This document shows, in pieces, positions 39,255 through 51,889 of a stretch of 64,000 bases of DNA (within the stretch, counting starts at the first letter, position 1; each line of letters begins with the position of its first letter). The stretch spans positions 101,868,001 through 101,932,000 of the forward strand of contig CM059432.1 in assembly GCA_030390025.1 (NCBI GenBank), in the 5' to 3' direction. A program made the translations under genes and the position numbers. The notes below the pieces were generated by a model. The model did not search any database. It was not told the DNA's origin and saw nothing but the letters and a program-made list of their open reading frames with translations. The stretch comes from Squalus acanthias. Taxonomy: Eukaryota.

Positions 39255-39693
39255 CAGGAAACTCTCGTTTAAACGGCACCTAAATATCCGGAATTCTCTA
39301 TTAACCGACAAAATTCATACTCCAAAAACAACACCTCAATAACCGGAAATGTTGCCGAGTCCGAGTCCGAGTCTCCCGCGGTGGCCGAGTTAGTCAGTGG
39401 GGGTAGTTCTCCAAACTGCCACTACTCGGCTTCTTGGCGCTGTCGGAAGTCATTAAAGAGTTATGGATTACCCTCAACTGGCAGTACTGTACTTAATCAA
39501 GCATCTTCCACCATCCATTTAACACAACATTCTGTAGGGGAGTACCCAATTACTGTATACTGCACATTTCTTGATTTTTTAATTTTTGTTTGTTAAAAAT
39601 AGCCTCGGTAGATAACCCTCTCCGTCATCCGGAATTTTTAATTAACCGGCACCATCCCGGTCCCGTCGGTGCCGGATACCAAAGAGTTTCCTG
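39255..39693. mobile_element. Tc1/mariner (pogo/Tigger-like) MITE with TA TSD
   Basis: TA|CAGGAAACTCTCGTTTAAACGGCACC...GGTGCCGGATACCAAAGAGTTTCCTG|TA; internal (CCGAGT)n. Confidence 0.85.
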
Positions 39694-40109
39694 TATTAGT
39701 TCTAACACTCTCAGTGGCAATCAAAGTCACCTCCTCCCACAATTTAATACCTACACCTCTTCCCAGGCTAGCATAAGGATCACTTGCTGTACAAGGCAAC
39801 GTATTGCCCACAGAGGTTCAGCACGGCCAACACTTGCAGCTCTTTGCCACTTAATAGCATTAGGCAGCATGAGACAGCTGCTCAATGTCACAGCACTGCT
39901 GCACTGTGCAGGTAGCTTACATTGCAAAGATTTGATGTGCAAAACTCTTGAAAGACATCAGAGAGCTAAATCATTCAACTTGTAAGTTGCAGCTTGAATA
40001 TGTGCCCTGCTGGAATATAGATATACTGTACTTGGTCAGCAATGAAAATGTTGTACGCTTTTGTGGGACATTGGGATGGACCAGCAATAAATGAGCAATA
40101 GGCTCCTGT

Positions 40110-40290
40110 TGGGCAACTTACTTAAAGGTTTGCCATTTTCTTCCAAGGCTGTGCAGGTGGTGCATACATTGTTGGCCTGGCTGCCACTTCCTGTCAGCCA
40201 TGGAGCTCTGAAAGTGGTTCCCTGGAGTACTAAACAAGGCAACTCTCCTCACATACACCTCATGCAGCAACACCTCCACTGCACTTACCA
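40110..40290 (-). pseudogene. Highly decayed Harbinger Myb/SANT exon-1 remnant
   Basis: Minus translation AVEVLLHEVYVRRVALF...QEVAARP, similar to the 34700 exon. Confidence 0.5.
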
Positions 40291-40862
40291 TCAATCAGGG
40301 GTTTGGGGAGCTGTGCTGCTCCACCCACAGACTCTGTTTGCTATCTCCACAATTATTTTGTCAGCTGGTTTTTTCGCACCGTACAGACTTTGGAAAGGTT
40401 GAAATATACATTTAAGCTGTTTAGAATTCTTTGTAAATGCCTGTAGAATGCTTGCCCCCATATGTAAGAGGCTTAAATGTAAGTGACAGCCCTTTACATT
40501 TAATAATGAAGCCCTTTGAGGGCAACTGATTAGTGAATTTGTCCATCTTCTCTTTTTGATGAGCTCACAGTGTCTAGCCAAAAATGGGCTTGGCACTTTC
40601 CCTGAATAAGTAATCAGGACAAATCCCAGGAGTTCAGCCAAGTGGGAAGTCAGCTATTGTCATATTCATCCTTCTCCAGTCCTGCTGCCTTAGTACTGTG
40701 ATCAGAAAATCCTTCATTTAGCAAACATCACAAAGCATGTCTCAAACAAAAAGTGCACCTACCTTCATTTTCATGAAAAGGGTCATGTTTATCACAATGT
40801 GCATCGTGTACAATATCTCTGGTTTATCATTCAACCTTATCATGGAAAAAATTAAACTCTCA

Positions 40863-41365
40863 GGCCCCAAAATTCTAGGGGGCCCACTCCACTGGTACAA
40901 ATGAGATAGAGTGAAATCCCCACATGTCCTAGCCCCAAGTCAGAGATCCCATCCCAAATCCCAGAACAAATGACCAAGGCAGGTCTATCATGTTCACAAG
41001 GGCACTTCAACTTTATTTGCTCAGCTCTGCCAACTGGAAATCAGCGCAGCCCAAAGCCACTCTAGTAAAGGAACTCCAAGGCCCACCCTTGAATTGAAAG
41101 GAGCTATGTCCTACTTTAAAAAAAGGTAAGCATACCCTCCCTTTCTCTTATGGATTCGAGGCCTCAGTGGTATTCACAACAACTTTCAGCTGGTATGAGG
41201 CCTATGGAAGGATTAAAGGGTGGAATTTTCCAGAGAAGCCAGAGAACACTGCCACCACCCTCCACCCTTTAATGTGAGGTGGCATGGGCAGAAGATCCAT
41301 CCCCCACCCTCCTCCACTGGAATTTAAAGGCTTTTCATCCTCTCATTCCCCAGGAATTTGGGGGC
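40863..41365. mobile_element. Old MITE
   Basis: GGCCCCAAAATTC...GAATTTGGGGGC termini. Confidence 0.5.
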
Positions 41366-41769
41366 TTTATTTTCACCTGGAAACCCTTTCTTTGGCTCAC
41401 AATAACTAGAAAGGCATGATTTTATGCTTTTACTTGGCTTACACCTTCTCCCAGTAGTGCTATATCAGACAAGAGATAATTGGTAAAATAAACTATCTTT
41501 CTATATGCCTCTGATGCAGCTTTACCCCAAGGAAACACAAAAAGCTGAATCCACTACCGTCTATTAGCATCATAAGGCTGAATGGTATAATAATTTCTGT
41601 TAATGTCAGCACCAACATGTTAACACCATTTATTTGTAAACAAGCACAAAAGATGCATTCTATTTGCCAGTATGCAGTAATAACCTATGCCAACATTTGA
41701 GTGCTTAAATATTGATTTGAATCAACTCCCAGCACATTTATACTTCCTGTTATACTACACAAATTGTAC

Positions 41770-42670
41770 AGAAGTACAATTTCTAAATTTGTGGATGGCA
41801 CTAAATTGGAGGGTATAGTTAATACAAAGGAAGAATGCGACAAAATACGAGACATTAATAAACTTGTAGAACAGGCGTTTAATTGGCAAATTAATTTCAA
41901 TATAAATAAGTGTGAAGTGGTGCATTTTGGTAGGAAGAATAAGGAGGCCATGCACTGCTTGGATAATAAAAGTCTAAATGGGGTAGAGATACACAAATCA
42001 CTAAAAGTAGCGACGCAGGTTAATAAGGCCATAAAAAAGCAAATTAAGCACTGGGATTCATTTCTAGTGGAATAGAATTGAAAACCAGGGAAGTCATGTT
42101 AAACTTGTATGGAACCTTGTTTAGACCACACTTGGACAGTTCTGGTCTCCATATTACAAAAAAGGATATAGAGGCATTGGAGAAGGTGCAAAAAAGATTC
42201 ACAAGGATGATAATCAAACTGAGAGGTTATATCCATCAGGAAGGACTGCAAAGGCTGGGGCTCATTTCTCTAGAAAAGGGAAGGCTGAGGGGTGACCTGA
42301 TAGAGGTCTTTAAGATAATGAAAGAATTTGATAGGGTAGACCTGGAGAACATGTTTCCACTTGTGGAGGAGACCAAAACTAGAGGCCATGAATATAAGAC
42401 AGTCACTAATAAATCCAATAGGGAATTCAGGAGAAACTTCTTTATTCAAAGAGTGGTAAGAATGTGGAACATGCTACCACCAAGAGGAGTTGAGGCACAT
42501 AGCATAGATGCATTTAAGGGGAAGCTAGATAAGCACATGAGGGAGAAAGGAATAGAAGGGAATGCAGATAGGGTGAGATGAAAAGGAGTGGGAGGAGGCT
42601 CATGTAGAGCATAAACTCTGGCATAGACCAGTTGGGCTGAATGGCCATTTTTCTGTGCCGTAGACTCGAT
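41770..42670 (+). mobile_element. CR1 3' fragment
   Basis: ISKFVDGTKL, KCEVVHFGRKN, LEKVQKRFTRM and FFIQRVVRMWN peptides plus 3' UTR. Confidence 0.9.
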
Positions 42671-43640
42671 AAAACACTTTGCGGCCAATTTCACCTTGCT
42701 AGCTTTGTAAACCTAGCCATAAAAAGAGCACAAATGAGCCCCAGGCATAATACATAACTTGTAAGCTCTGCTATCAACAGCAACAGCACCATATCCAAGT
42801 AATGGCCTCAACTTTCAGACTGTCACCTCATATTGCCTGCAGTGCAACTTCTGCTGAACACCTCCAAACTGCTTTCAGTTGAGCAAACATTGTTTTCTCG
42901 CTCAAAAGGTGGTACATTTGAGCTTGTATTCAACAAAACAACAGTGTATTCTTGTTTTCTGTTTTGTTCAGTTGTAAATGCAGCAGCTTAAAACCACTGG
43001 GGAGATGAAAATGTTTTACACACATGCATCCATGCATAAGTTCATATGTCTCCACAGAAGAGACACTTTTATGGAAATGGAGTCTGGAGTCAGTGAGATA
43101 AGTACAACAATATCAGTATGCTGCCTGCGCTCAATTTCATCACAAGCGTCAGTGCAGAAAGGTCAAGTCAAGGGTCTTTTCCACTTGGTACTCTATTTTT
43201 CAAAATACTACTTAAAAAATTTTGACAAATAGTATAAAAGCCAATCAAGACAAGAGGGCGAAAAAGCTGTGCTTCCCAGTAGCATTGATGTACATCCCCT
43301 TTTCTGAAAAAAAAGAGTAGAAATTGTAGAGGAAATAGTCTGGGAAGGGGAGAGGAAATCAGACACAGGCATGAAGAAGGGAATGCACAAAAAGGACAAA
43401 TGACAGAGGGAATCTGAAGGAAAGAAATAAAAAATAGCAAAAGAGAAAAAGGTGCAAGACAAAAAAAGAATGTGTGGGGGGAAGAGAGTTAGTGAAAGTG
43501 AGAGAGAGCACACATGAAGACACCAAAAAGAAACATTCCAGCACAGTCAGAAAAAAAGTAGTCCAAAAAGAAAGAGAAAAACAAAAAGAAGAAAAATTAA
43601 AAGTATAAGTTTCACAACCAACAACTGCGATATACATAAT

Positions 43641-44391
43641 GGCCCATATTTTCCGATCCCTACTTGTGTGTACGAGCTGTGTACACACCTGCAGGAGCCT
43701 CGCAAGTGCCGGTTTCAGGCATGCGAAGCACATGCGCTGAAAACCGGCACTTCCGATCTGTCAAGAATCTTCTTGACAGATCATCTGCCTGCCCGGGAGA
43801 AGTGCCTCCGCGGGCAGAGAGTTCCGCCCGCTGAAAACCTTTAAAAATCTTACGCCTGGTAAAAGCAGGCGTAAGACCTGCTTTTACCAGCATAAAAGTT
43901 TAAAAAAGTAAAAAAAATATTTTTTCCCACTCATTTATAATTTAAAAATACTTTTAAAAAAGGTACGTTTATTTTTAGCCCCGTAAAAAACTTTAATTAT
44001 TTTTTTCAAAAAATTAAATTTGTTTAAAATATTTAATTTAATGTAATTTTAACTAATTTTAAAAACGTGATTTAAAAAAAATATATTTAATGTTTTAGTG
44101 TGTTTTTTGAGTGATCCCCATTCATACTTTTGACAGGTCTAAGCTGAGAGACCTGTCAAAAGTATGAAGGGGGGATTCCCTTCTTCCATTGGTTCCCCAT
44201 GGCCCACGTGATCCCAGGGATGCTTGCGAACCGCATGTGCCCCTGGGATACCTGGGCCTCTGCGTGCGCGCACCAGGAGAGGCCCAGGAACAGGAATGTC
44301 CGGACCTCCGGAGCCCTCAGGTAAGGGCGTAGATTTTTTCCAGATCGGAGGCATCCGCACGCAGGAAGCCTCCGATCGTAAAATACGGGCC
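43641..44391 (-). mobile_element. MITE copy B, inverted relative to 32718-33469
   Basis: TIR GGCCCATATTTTCCGATC...GATCGTAAAATACGGGCC; ORF-track peptides mirror those of copy A. Confidence 0.85.
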
Positions 44392-44939
44392 TATATATTT
44401 TTCTGTAATTCCTTAGTGATTTTCCCATATATAGAATGAAAGAAAGACTTGCATTCTATATATGGGATCTTTCATGACCTCAGGAAGTTCCAAAGCACTT
44501 TACAGCCATTCAGCCCATCAAGTCTGCACCAGTGTTTTTCCTCCATGAGTTGGCTAGTCTAATCATACTCTCTTGCTCATTCCCCATGCTATCAGATATT
44601 CTCCTTTTTCAAGCAACTACTAAAAAAAAAATCTATGGAGCCTGTTTCAATGAACATATTGTGGTAGAGAATTCCACATTATTTTCTATTATCCTCTTTA
44701 ACTATTTTTGCAATTATCTTAAATTTGTACTCTCTTGTTACCATCTTGTTGATTACTTGAAACAATGCATCATTATTTAACTTATTATAACTTATTATAA
44801 CCCTTCAAAAATTGAAAACCTTTATCAGGTCACCCTTTAACCTTCTCAGGTCTAATGAAAAAACTTCTCAAGTGTTCTTCATAACTGTAACTGCATAGTC
44901 CTTATGAAGACAAAGTATTGTCTCCACCATGAGGGAATC

Positions 44940-46960
44940 CTCCATAGCTAAGTGTGGCATACCACCATGCTAAGTAGGACAGATGAAGGACTGATCTCAC
45001 AGCTCAAAACTGTGGGCCAACAGCAGCAGAACTGTATACCACCACAATCTGTAACCTCATAGCCCGGCACATCCCTCATACCTTGAACACCACCAAGCCA
45101 GTTGATCAACCCTGGTTCAATGGGCAATGTAGAAGGGCATGTTAGGAGCAGCACCAGGCACAACTTATAATGAGATACAAATCTAGTAAGCTACTAAACA
45201 AGGCTAATTGCATGTTAAACACCAAAAGCAGCAGACTATAGACAGAGCTAAGTGCTCCCAACATATCAGAGCAAAGCTTTGTAACCCGATCACATCCTGA
45301 ATGGTGATCGACAATAAGGCAACTAACAGGAAGAGGAGGCTCCATGAACTTTTGTCCTCAGTCTTGGTGGTGCCCAAGCAAGTGAGTGCAAGAGATAAGG
45401 CTGAAGTGTTTGCAACCATCTACAGCCAAAATTGCTGAGTAGATGATCCTCTTAGGCCTCCTTCTGAGATACCAGTGTCTAGCCAATTTGATTCATCCAC
45501 GTGACATTAGGAAGCAGCTGAGTGCATTGGACACAGAAAAGGCTGTGGACCCAGACAATATTCCAGCTATAGTGAAGATCTGTGCACAAGAGCTAGCCGC
45601 TCCCCTAGCCAAGCTGTTCCAGTACAGCTATGACACCGGCATCTACTCAACAATGTGGAAGATTGAACATGTATGCCTTATCCACAAAAAAACAGAACAA
45701 ATCTAACCCAGGCAATCACTGCCTCCTCCTAATCATCAGTAAGTTGATGGAAGGAGTCATCAATATTGCCTTCAAGCAACACTTATTTATCAATAATCTC
45801 CTCACTGATGCTCAGTTTGAGTTCTGCCATAACCACTCAGCTCCAAATCTCATCACAGCCTTTATCCAGACATGGATGCATGAGCTGAAAGCCAGATGTG
45901 CAGTGAGAGTACCTGCCCTCAACATCAAGGCAGCAGGAGCCCTAATAAAATTGAAGTTAATGGGGGTCAAAGTAAAAACCCTGGTGCAAAGGAAAATGGT
46001 TGTGTTGTCAGAAACCAGTTATCACATCCCCACGACATCACTGGAGGAATTACTCAAGGAAATGGCCTTGGCACAAACATTTTCAGCTGCTTCATCAATG
46101 ACCATCATAAGGTCAAGGCTGGGGAAGTTTGCTGATGATTCCACAGTGTTCATCTCCATTCACAACTCCTCTGATAATGATGCAGCCCTTGCCAGCCTAC
46201 AACAAATAACTTGGGCTGAAAAGTTGCAGGTAGCATTCACGCCACATAAATGGTGGGTAATGACCATCTCCAACAGGAGAAAGTCCAGCCACCTCCCCTT
46301 GATGTTTAATGGTACCACAATTGCCAAATCCCCCACCATCAACATCGTGGCTGTTATCCTTGACCAGAAGCTGAGCTGGACCAGCCATATAAACACCATG
46401 GCTATAAAAGCAGGGTAGATATTGGGTCCTTTGCAATGAGTGTCTTACCTCTTGACCCCTCAAAGCCTTTCTACCATCTACAATGCTCAAGTCAGGAGTG
46501 TGATGGAATACTCACCACTCAAGAAGCTCCACACTATCCAGGACAGAGCAGTTTGTTTGATTGGTGCCTCTGCCCCTGGCATCCATCCCCTCCATCACTG
46601 GTGTGCTGTGGCTGCAGTATGTACAACCTACAGGATGCACTGTAGCAACTCACCAAGGTCATTTTGACTGTACCTCTATGCCCTGTGACCTCTACCACCA
46701 AGAAAAACAAGAGCAGCTATGTGGTGGGAACACCATAACCTCAAGGATTCCTTCCAAGTCACACACCATCCTAACTTAAACATATATCGCCATTCTTTCA
46801 TCCTCACTGGGTCAGAAACCTGGAATTTCTTACTTAATATTTTTGTGGCAGCACCATCACCATGAGGACTACAGCGGTTCAAAGAGGAGGACCACCACCA
46901 CCTGTTCAGAGCAACTAGGGATGGGTAATAAATACATTTTAGCCCACATTATCCACACCC
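44940..46960 (+). mobile_element. Older, decayed copy of the second LINE family (RT region)
   Basis: ELAAPLAKLFQYSYDTGIY, GKFADDSTVF and IYNAQVRSVMEYS; 3' end similar to 27372-27600. Confidence 0.85.
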
Positions 46961-48912
46961 CAAGTACAATTCTTTTAAAAGCTTCATCTCTGATAATATC
47001 CGAGTGAATCTATTCATTGAAAGAGAAACCGTGTAAACAGTAAATCCTTTTTAATTATATACAAGATTTTCTTTCAAAAGCAAACAGAATATATTCATTA
47101 ATTGAATTACAGCAATTCTCTGTTAGAATGCTGACATTTCAGAAAAAAGCAGCACGCACATAGCTTTCAGAAAGAACGGTGCTTCTTCACTGATGACCCT
47201 GCTGTGAGCCACAAGCTGTTATCGTCCTTGCTTAGCTGTCAATGCAGCTGTGTGTGACATACGGTATGAAATTCTCTACTGTGATCATCAAAGGAAAGTG
47301 AAGTTAAAAAAATAAATCTTTCTGCAGTTAATATTCCCACAATAAAAACTTCACATCAACAGGGTTGCTGTCAAATTTAGTTCTTCACAGATTTAATCAG
47401 AATTCTGTTCCACGTACATTTATTATAATAATTGCTAGTCTCGCAGCTGATAGCATGCCACCTCAGCAGAGAAAGGTGGCAAGACTGCATGTTACGAGTA
47501 CACATCAGTAACGTAAGATAGGATCCCTGTGACATTTAGAAAATGGATGGTTTCTCAAAATATGGTAGTCTTACATGAAAGAAACAATGATTCATTATCA
47601 TCAGTTTCACACTGGTGGGAGTCATCAAATTGATGTTTTATACTCCGCATAGGCTCATTAGAACACATTACAGATGAGGAAAGGCTCAAGCTGCAGATTT
47701 CCTACACAAATTCTGTCACCATGGAACCTTCAAAACTTGACGGAATTTTTTCATAATGTCGAAGAAAAACAAATCTTTTTTACAGTTCTAAGTAGCATGA
47801 CAACACCTCATCAAATCTGAAAGAAGCATTTTTACACAACAACGCCTGCATTTCTATAGTGGCTTTCATGCAATGAAATATCCCAAAGCCAACATCAAGG
47901 AATACCAATTGCACGTTTGAAATTATAGATTTTGAGGAGGTTTTTGAGAAGTATAGTAGTAAAGCAAAGAGGTTCAGAGTGGGGGGGTGGGGGGGAGATC
48001 GGGGTGGTTCCAGAGTGTAGGGCCAAGATGGTTGAAAGCTCTGCCACTGAATGAGGAGCTTTATGTTTGGTGATGCACAAGAGGTCAAAGCCAGAAGCAA
48101 AAGGCATGAGCTCGAGGACAGGGCTACAAAAGGTTGCAGAGATTAGGTGGGTAGTGTCATAGAAATGACAAGAATTCTAAAATCATTGCTTTGGGGAACA
48201 GGGAGCCATTGGAGCTTGGTGCGGATGAGGTGACGTATGGAACAGCATGCAGGTAGTGATGTTTTGGACCGAGATTAAGAATGTTCCTCAGTGCTATAAT
48301 TGACCCTGAAAGATTGGTGGGATGGGACTACTATCCACTCAACATCAGGCATGTTGACCTCACTGTAGTTTTTGGGGTCAGCGTCATTTAAATAATGTAG
48401 TGAGCTCCCAGTATTGGAAATGCCTTTCATTGGCAGCTTGCCCATTTGGGGGCAGGAACTTGTGTGCTGCTACACGATTTAAATGCCTTCATAGATTCCC
48501 ATGTGGAAGTACTCGTGCATGGGTTAGGGACAAGAGGAGGCCCCCAAGGAGAGTGACCCAATGCCATTAAAGAGAGGTAGCCAAGGCAGTGAGTGGGAAC
48601 TCAACCATCCCACACACTGCCACTCAGTGCATGAAGAAGTTTAATGGCCTTACTGTTGAGGCTGCCGCGAAACACGAATTAAGGCTGAATCCATTTGTGT
48701 TAAACAAGAGACCTTTTAATCACAGCATGGCACAAAATGGCAGACTCAAAAGCCCCCAGAATTCTCTGGGGTAAAACCTGAGGCCCCGCCCCCTTCTGCC
48801 TTAAAGGTAAGGTGCCTTAAAGGAACGGTGCTGGAAATTTGTCAACAGACAGAAGAGTGGATTATGCCCGTTTTAGGTGGCGATCCGCCACACAGCTCCC
48901 CCCAGAATCCGC

Positions 48913-50217
48913 TTAGGAGGTGTGGACGAGACGGTATGGCGGTCTGATGGGCCGGCCGGAGCGGCTCTTGTAGGACGCCGGTGGACGTGGAACGGCCGGG
49001 CGTGGAGCAGCCGGGTGAACCGGCTTGAGGGCAGGTCGGCCGCATGGAGGTGGACAAGCTACAGGGATCTGCTCACCGGGCTCCGAGTGTGCTGGCTTGA
49101 GTCGGTCAACCGACACTTTTTCGGTCCTGTCGCCCACTTGCAGGGTGAAAAATTTGTCCCCAGCCTGTAGCACCTTGTAGGGCCCGTCGTACGGGGGTTG
49201 AAGGGGTCCGCGGTGGGCATCCTGCCGGACGAAAACAAACCGTGCCTGGTGCAGGCTTAGTGGGACGTGTGAGGTGGATTCGCCGTGTCGGGCAATGGGC
49301 ACCGGGGCAAACTGCAGTGCCGGTGAGGCGAAGTCGTGGCGTTGCTGGTCAGCTGACCAGGGTGTCGTGGCGGTGGGCAGGAACTCGCCGGGTACGCGCA
49401 GCGGCTGACCATACACGAGCTCTGCTGCCGATGCGTGGAGGTCTTCTTTAACCGCGGTGCGCAGGCTGAGGAGGAACCACGGAAGTCGGTCGGTCCAGGC
49501 GCCGTCTTGGAGGCTGGCTCGAAGAGATGCCTTCAAGGATCTGTGGAACCGCTCACATAGTCCGTTGGCCTGGGGGTGGTACGCTGTGGTGCGGTGAATG
49601 GTCACCCCGAGATTGCGATCGACGGCGGTCCAGAGTTCAGAGGTAAATTGCGGACCTCTGTCCAACGTCATGTCGGAGGGGACGCCGAATCGTGTGACCC
49701 AGGTGCTGACGAAGGCTCTGGCGATGTCGGCAGTGGTGGTAGAGGTCAGTGGAATTGCCTCAGGCCAGCGTGTGGTGCGGTCAACGATGGTCAGCAAGTG
49801 CGTGTGGCCTTGCGACGGCGGCAGGGGCCCGACGATGTCCACGTGGATGTGGTCGAATCTCCGCGAGGTGCGGTAAACTCCTCGAGGGGTGCTTTCGTGT
49901 GTTGCTGTACCTTGGCCCGTTGGCAGGCTAGGCAGGAGTTGGCCCAAGTACGCACATCCTTGCGAAGGCCGCGCCAGACAAAGAGGTTGGCTACCAATTT
50001 GATGGATGCACGGGCGCTGGGGTGGGAGAGGTTGTGGAGAATGTCGAATACCCGGCGGCGCCAGGACGCTGGGACGACGGGCCAAGGTTGACATAGGGAT
50101 ATGTCGCACTTGACCGTGACTGCAGTCGGTCCACAGGCGACGTCAGCCAGGCGTAGCCCTGGTAGGTTGGTGGGTGCGGAGAGCAGATCAGGGTCGGTGA
50201 TCTGGTCTGCTGCGAGT
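48913..50217 (-). pseudogene. Integrase of the Gypsy element (frameshifted)
   Basis: HHCC (HNLSHP...CLACQ), HIHVDIVGP, DRGPQF, HPQANGLCERFH and GPY motifs. Confidence 0.9.
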
Positions 50218-50333
50218 ACCAACCTACCAGGGCTACGCCTGGCTGACGTCGCCTGTGGCCCGACCGCAGTCACGGTCAAGTGCGACATATCGCTATGTCA
50301 ACCTCGGCCCGTCGTCCCAGCATCCTGGCGCCG

Positions 50334-51889
50334 AAGGGGGTGATTACGGCTGTCTTGGGGACGTCCGCGGGGTGGACGGGGACTTGGTGGTAGCCGCGCA
50401 CCAGGTCGACCTTGGAAAAGACTGAGCGGCCGGCCAGTCTAGCCGAGAAGTCCTGAATGTGCGGCACGGGGTACCGATCAGGGGTGGTGGCGTCATTGAG
50501 GCGGCGGTAATCCCCGCAGGGGTGCCAACCTCCGCCTGGTTTGGGGGCGATGTGGAGTGGGGAGGCCCAGGGACTGTTGGAGCGGCGGATGATGCCGAGC
50601 TGTTCCATGGTGGCAAACTCGGTCCGCGCGATCTCCAGTTTGGCCGGGTCCAGCCTGCGGGCGTGGGCGTACACTGGGGGGCCTGTGGTGGGTATGAAGT
50701 GTTCCACCCCGTGTTTGGCGGCCTCCGCGGAGAAGGTCGGATTGGTAAGGGCCAGGAATTCGGCCAGGAGTGCCGAGTAGTCATCCGTGGCCCGGGCGTG
50801 GCACTGTGACGCCATGTCGGCGGGTTGACGGGGGGCCATGGCGCCCAGGATGGGGGACATGGTGTTCATGTCCACGAGGCGGTGACGAGGGATGTCTACC
50901 AGTAGGCTGTGGGCACACAGGAAATCTGCGCCGATGAGGGGGGAGAGCACCTTGGCAGTGATGAACTCCCATCGGTAGCGGTGACCAGCGAGGTCGAGGG
51001 TGACTGTCCGGGTGCCATACGTCTGGATTTCCGAGCCGTTAGCAGCAGCCAGCGCCGGTCCTCGTTCGCCCTTTTGGATATCGAGGGAGGAGGCCGGGAT
51101 GATGCTGTGCTGAGCCCCAGTGTCGCACAGGAACCGGCGGCCGGTTTTGTCATCCATGACAAACAGCAGGGAGCCCGCGTGGCCCATGGCCATCGTGGGG
51201 GCTGGAACGGGGGCGGACTTGAAAGAGCAGGGAGGTGTGCCCCGTTGTGCCATGGCGCCGAACCGTGCGTGGTAGTAACAGTGGCCCGGGTTAATGGGGC
51301 GTGAAGGCCCCGTGGGCCTGGTGACAGGCCCTTGTGGCCGCGTGCTGGATGGTGAGGGGCGCGCCCAGGCATTGGCTGCCAGGTCCGGAGTGACGTCGCG
51401 GCTGGAGTGAGCGGACAGCAGCTTGTCGGCCTCATCGGCCAGGGCTTCCAGGTTCGTGAGGCCGGACGCCACGATCGCTGGGCGGATGCTGAGAGGGAGC
51501 TGGCGGATGAACAGTGTGCGGAAGAGGGATCCGGGTGGGCTCTCGTCGGTGAGGGAGAGCATGTGGGAGAGGAGGTCTGATGGTGAGGCATCACCGAGGC
51601 CTGGAAGGTCGAGGAGGTGGCAGTTTCACTGATATGCCGAGGCCGTAAATTTTTTAAGGAGCACTGTCCTGAGATGTGCGTACTTGCCTTCCTCTGGTGG
51701 GTTCTGCAGCGTTGTCCAAACCTTGGAAACTGCGGCGCTACCGAGTGATGTGACAAGATAGTTGTACTTCGTCCCATCTGTGGTGATATTTCGCAGCCGG
51801 AAGCGAGATTCAGCTTGGAGAAACCAGGCTTTGGGCTGGTTTTCCCAAAACTCCGGCAGTTTCACGGAAACTGCGTTCGTGTCCGCCAT
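50334..51889 (-). pseudogene. gag-protease-N-terminal RT of the Gypsy element (frameshifted; RT truncated at TAVITPFG)
   Basis: VKLPEFWENQPKAWF gag; CYYHARFG...PC zinc motif; LCDTGAQ protease; SPWASPLH, GDYRRLN and FSKVDLVRGYHQ RT motifs. Confidence 0.9.

Noticed and set aside
50896..51777. 293-aa alternative-frame ORF and several antisense ORFs in the Gypsy element
   Set aside because: Stop-poor GC-rich sequence; only a short part bridges the gag frameshift; not an independent gene.
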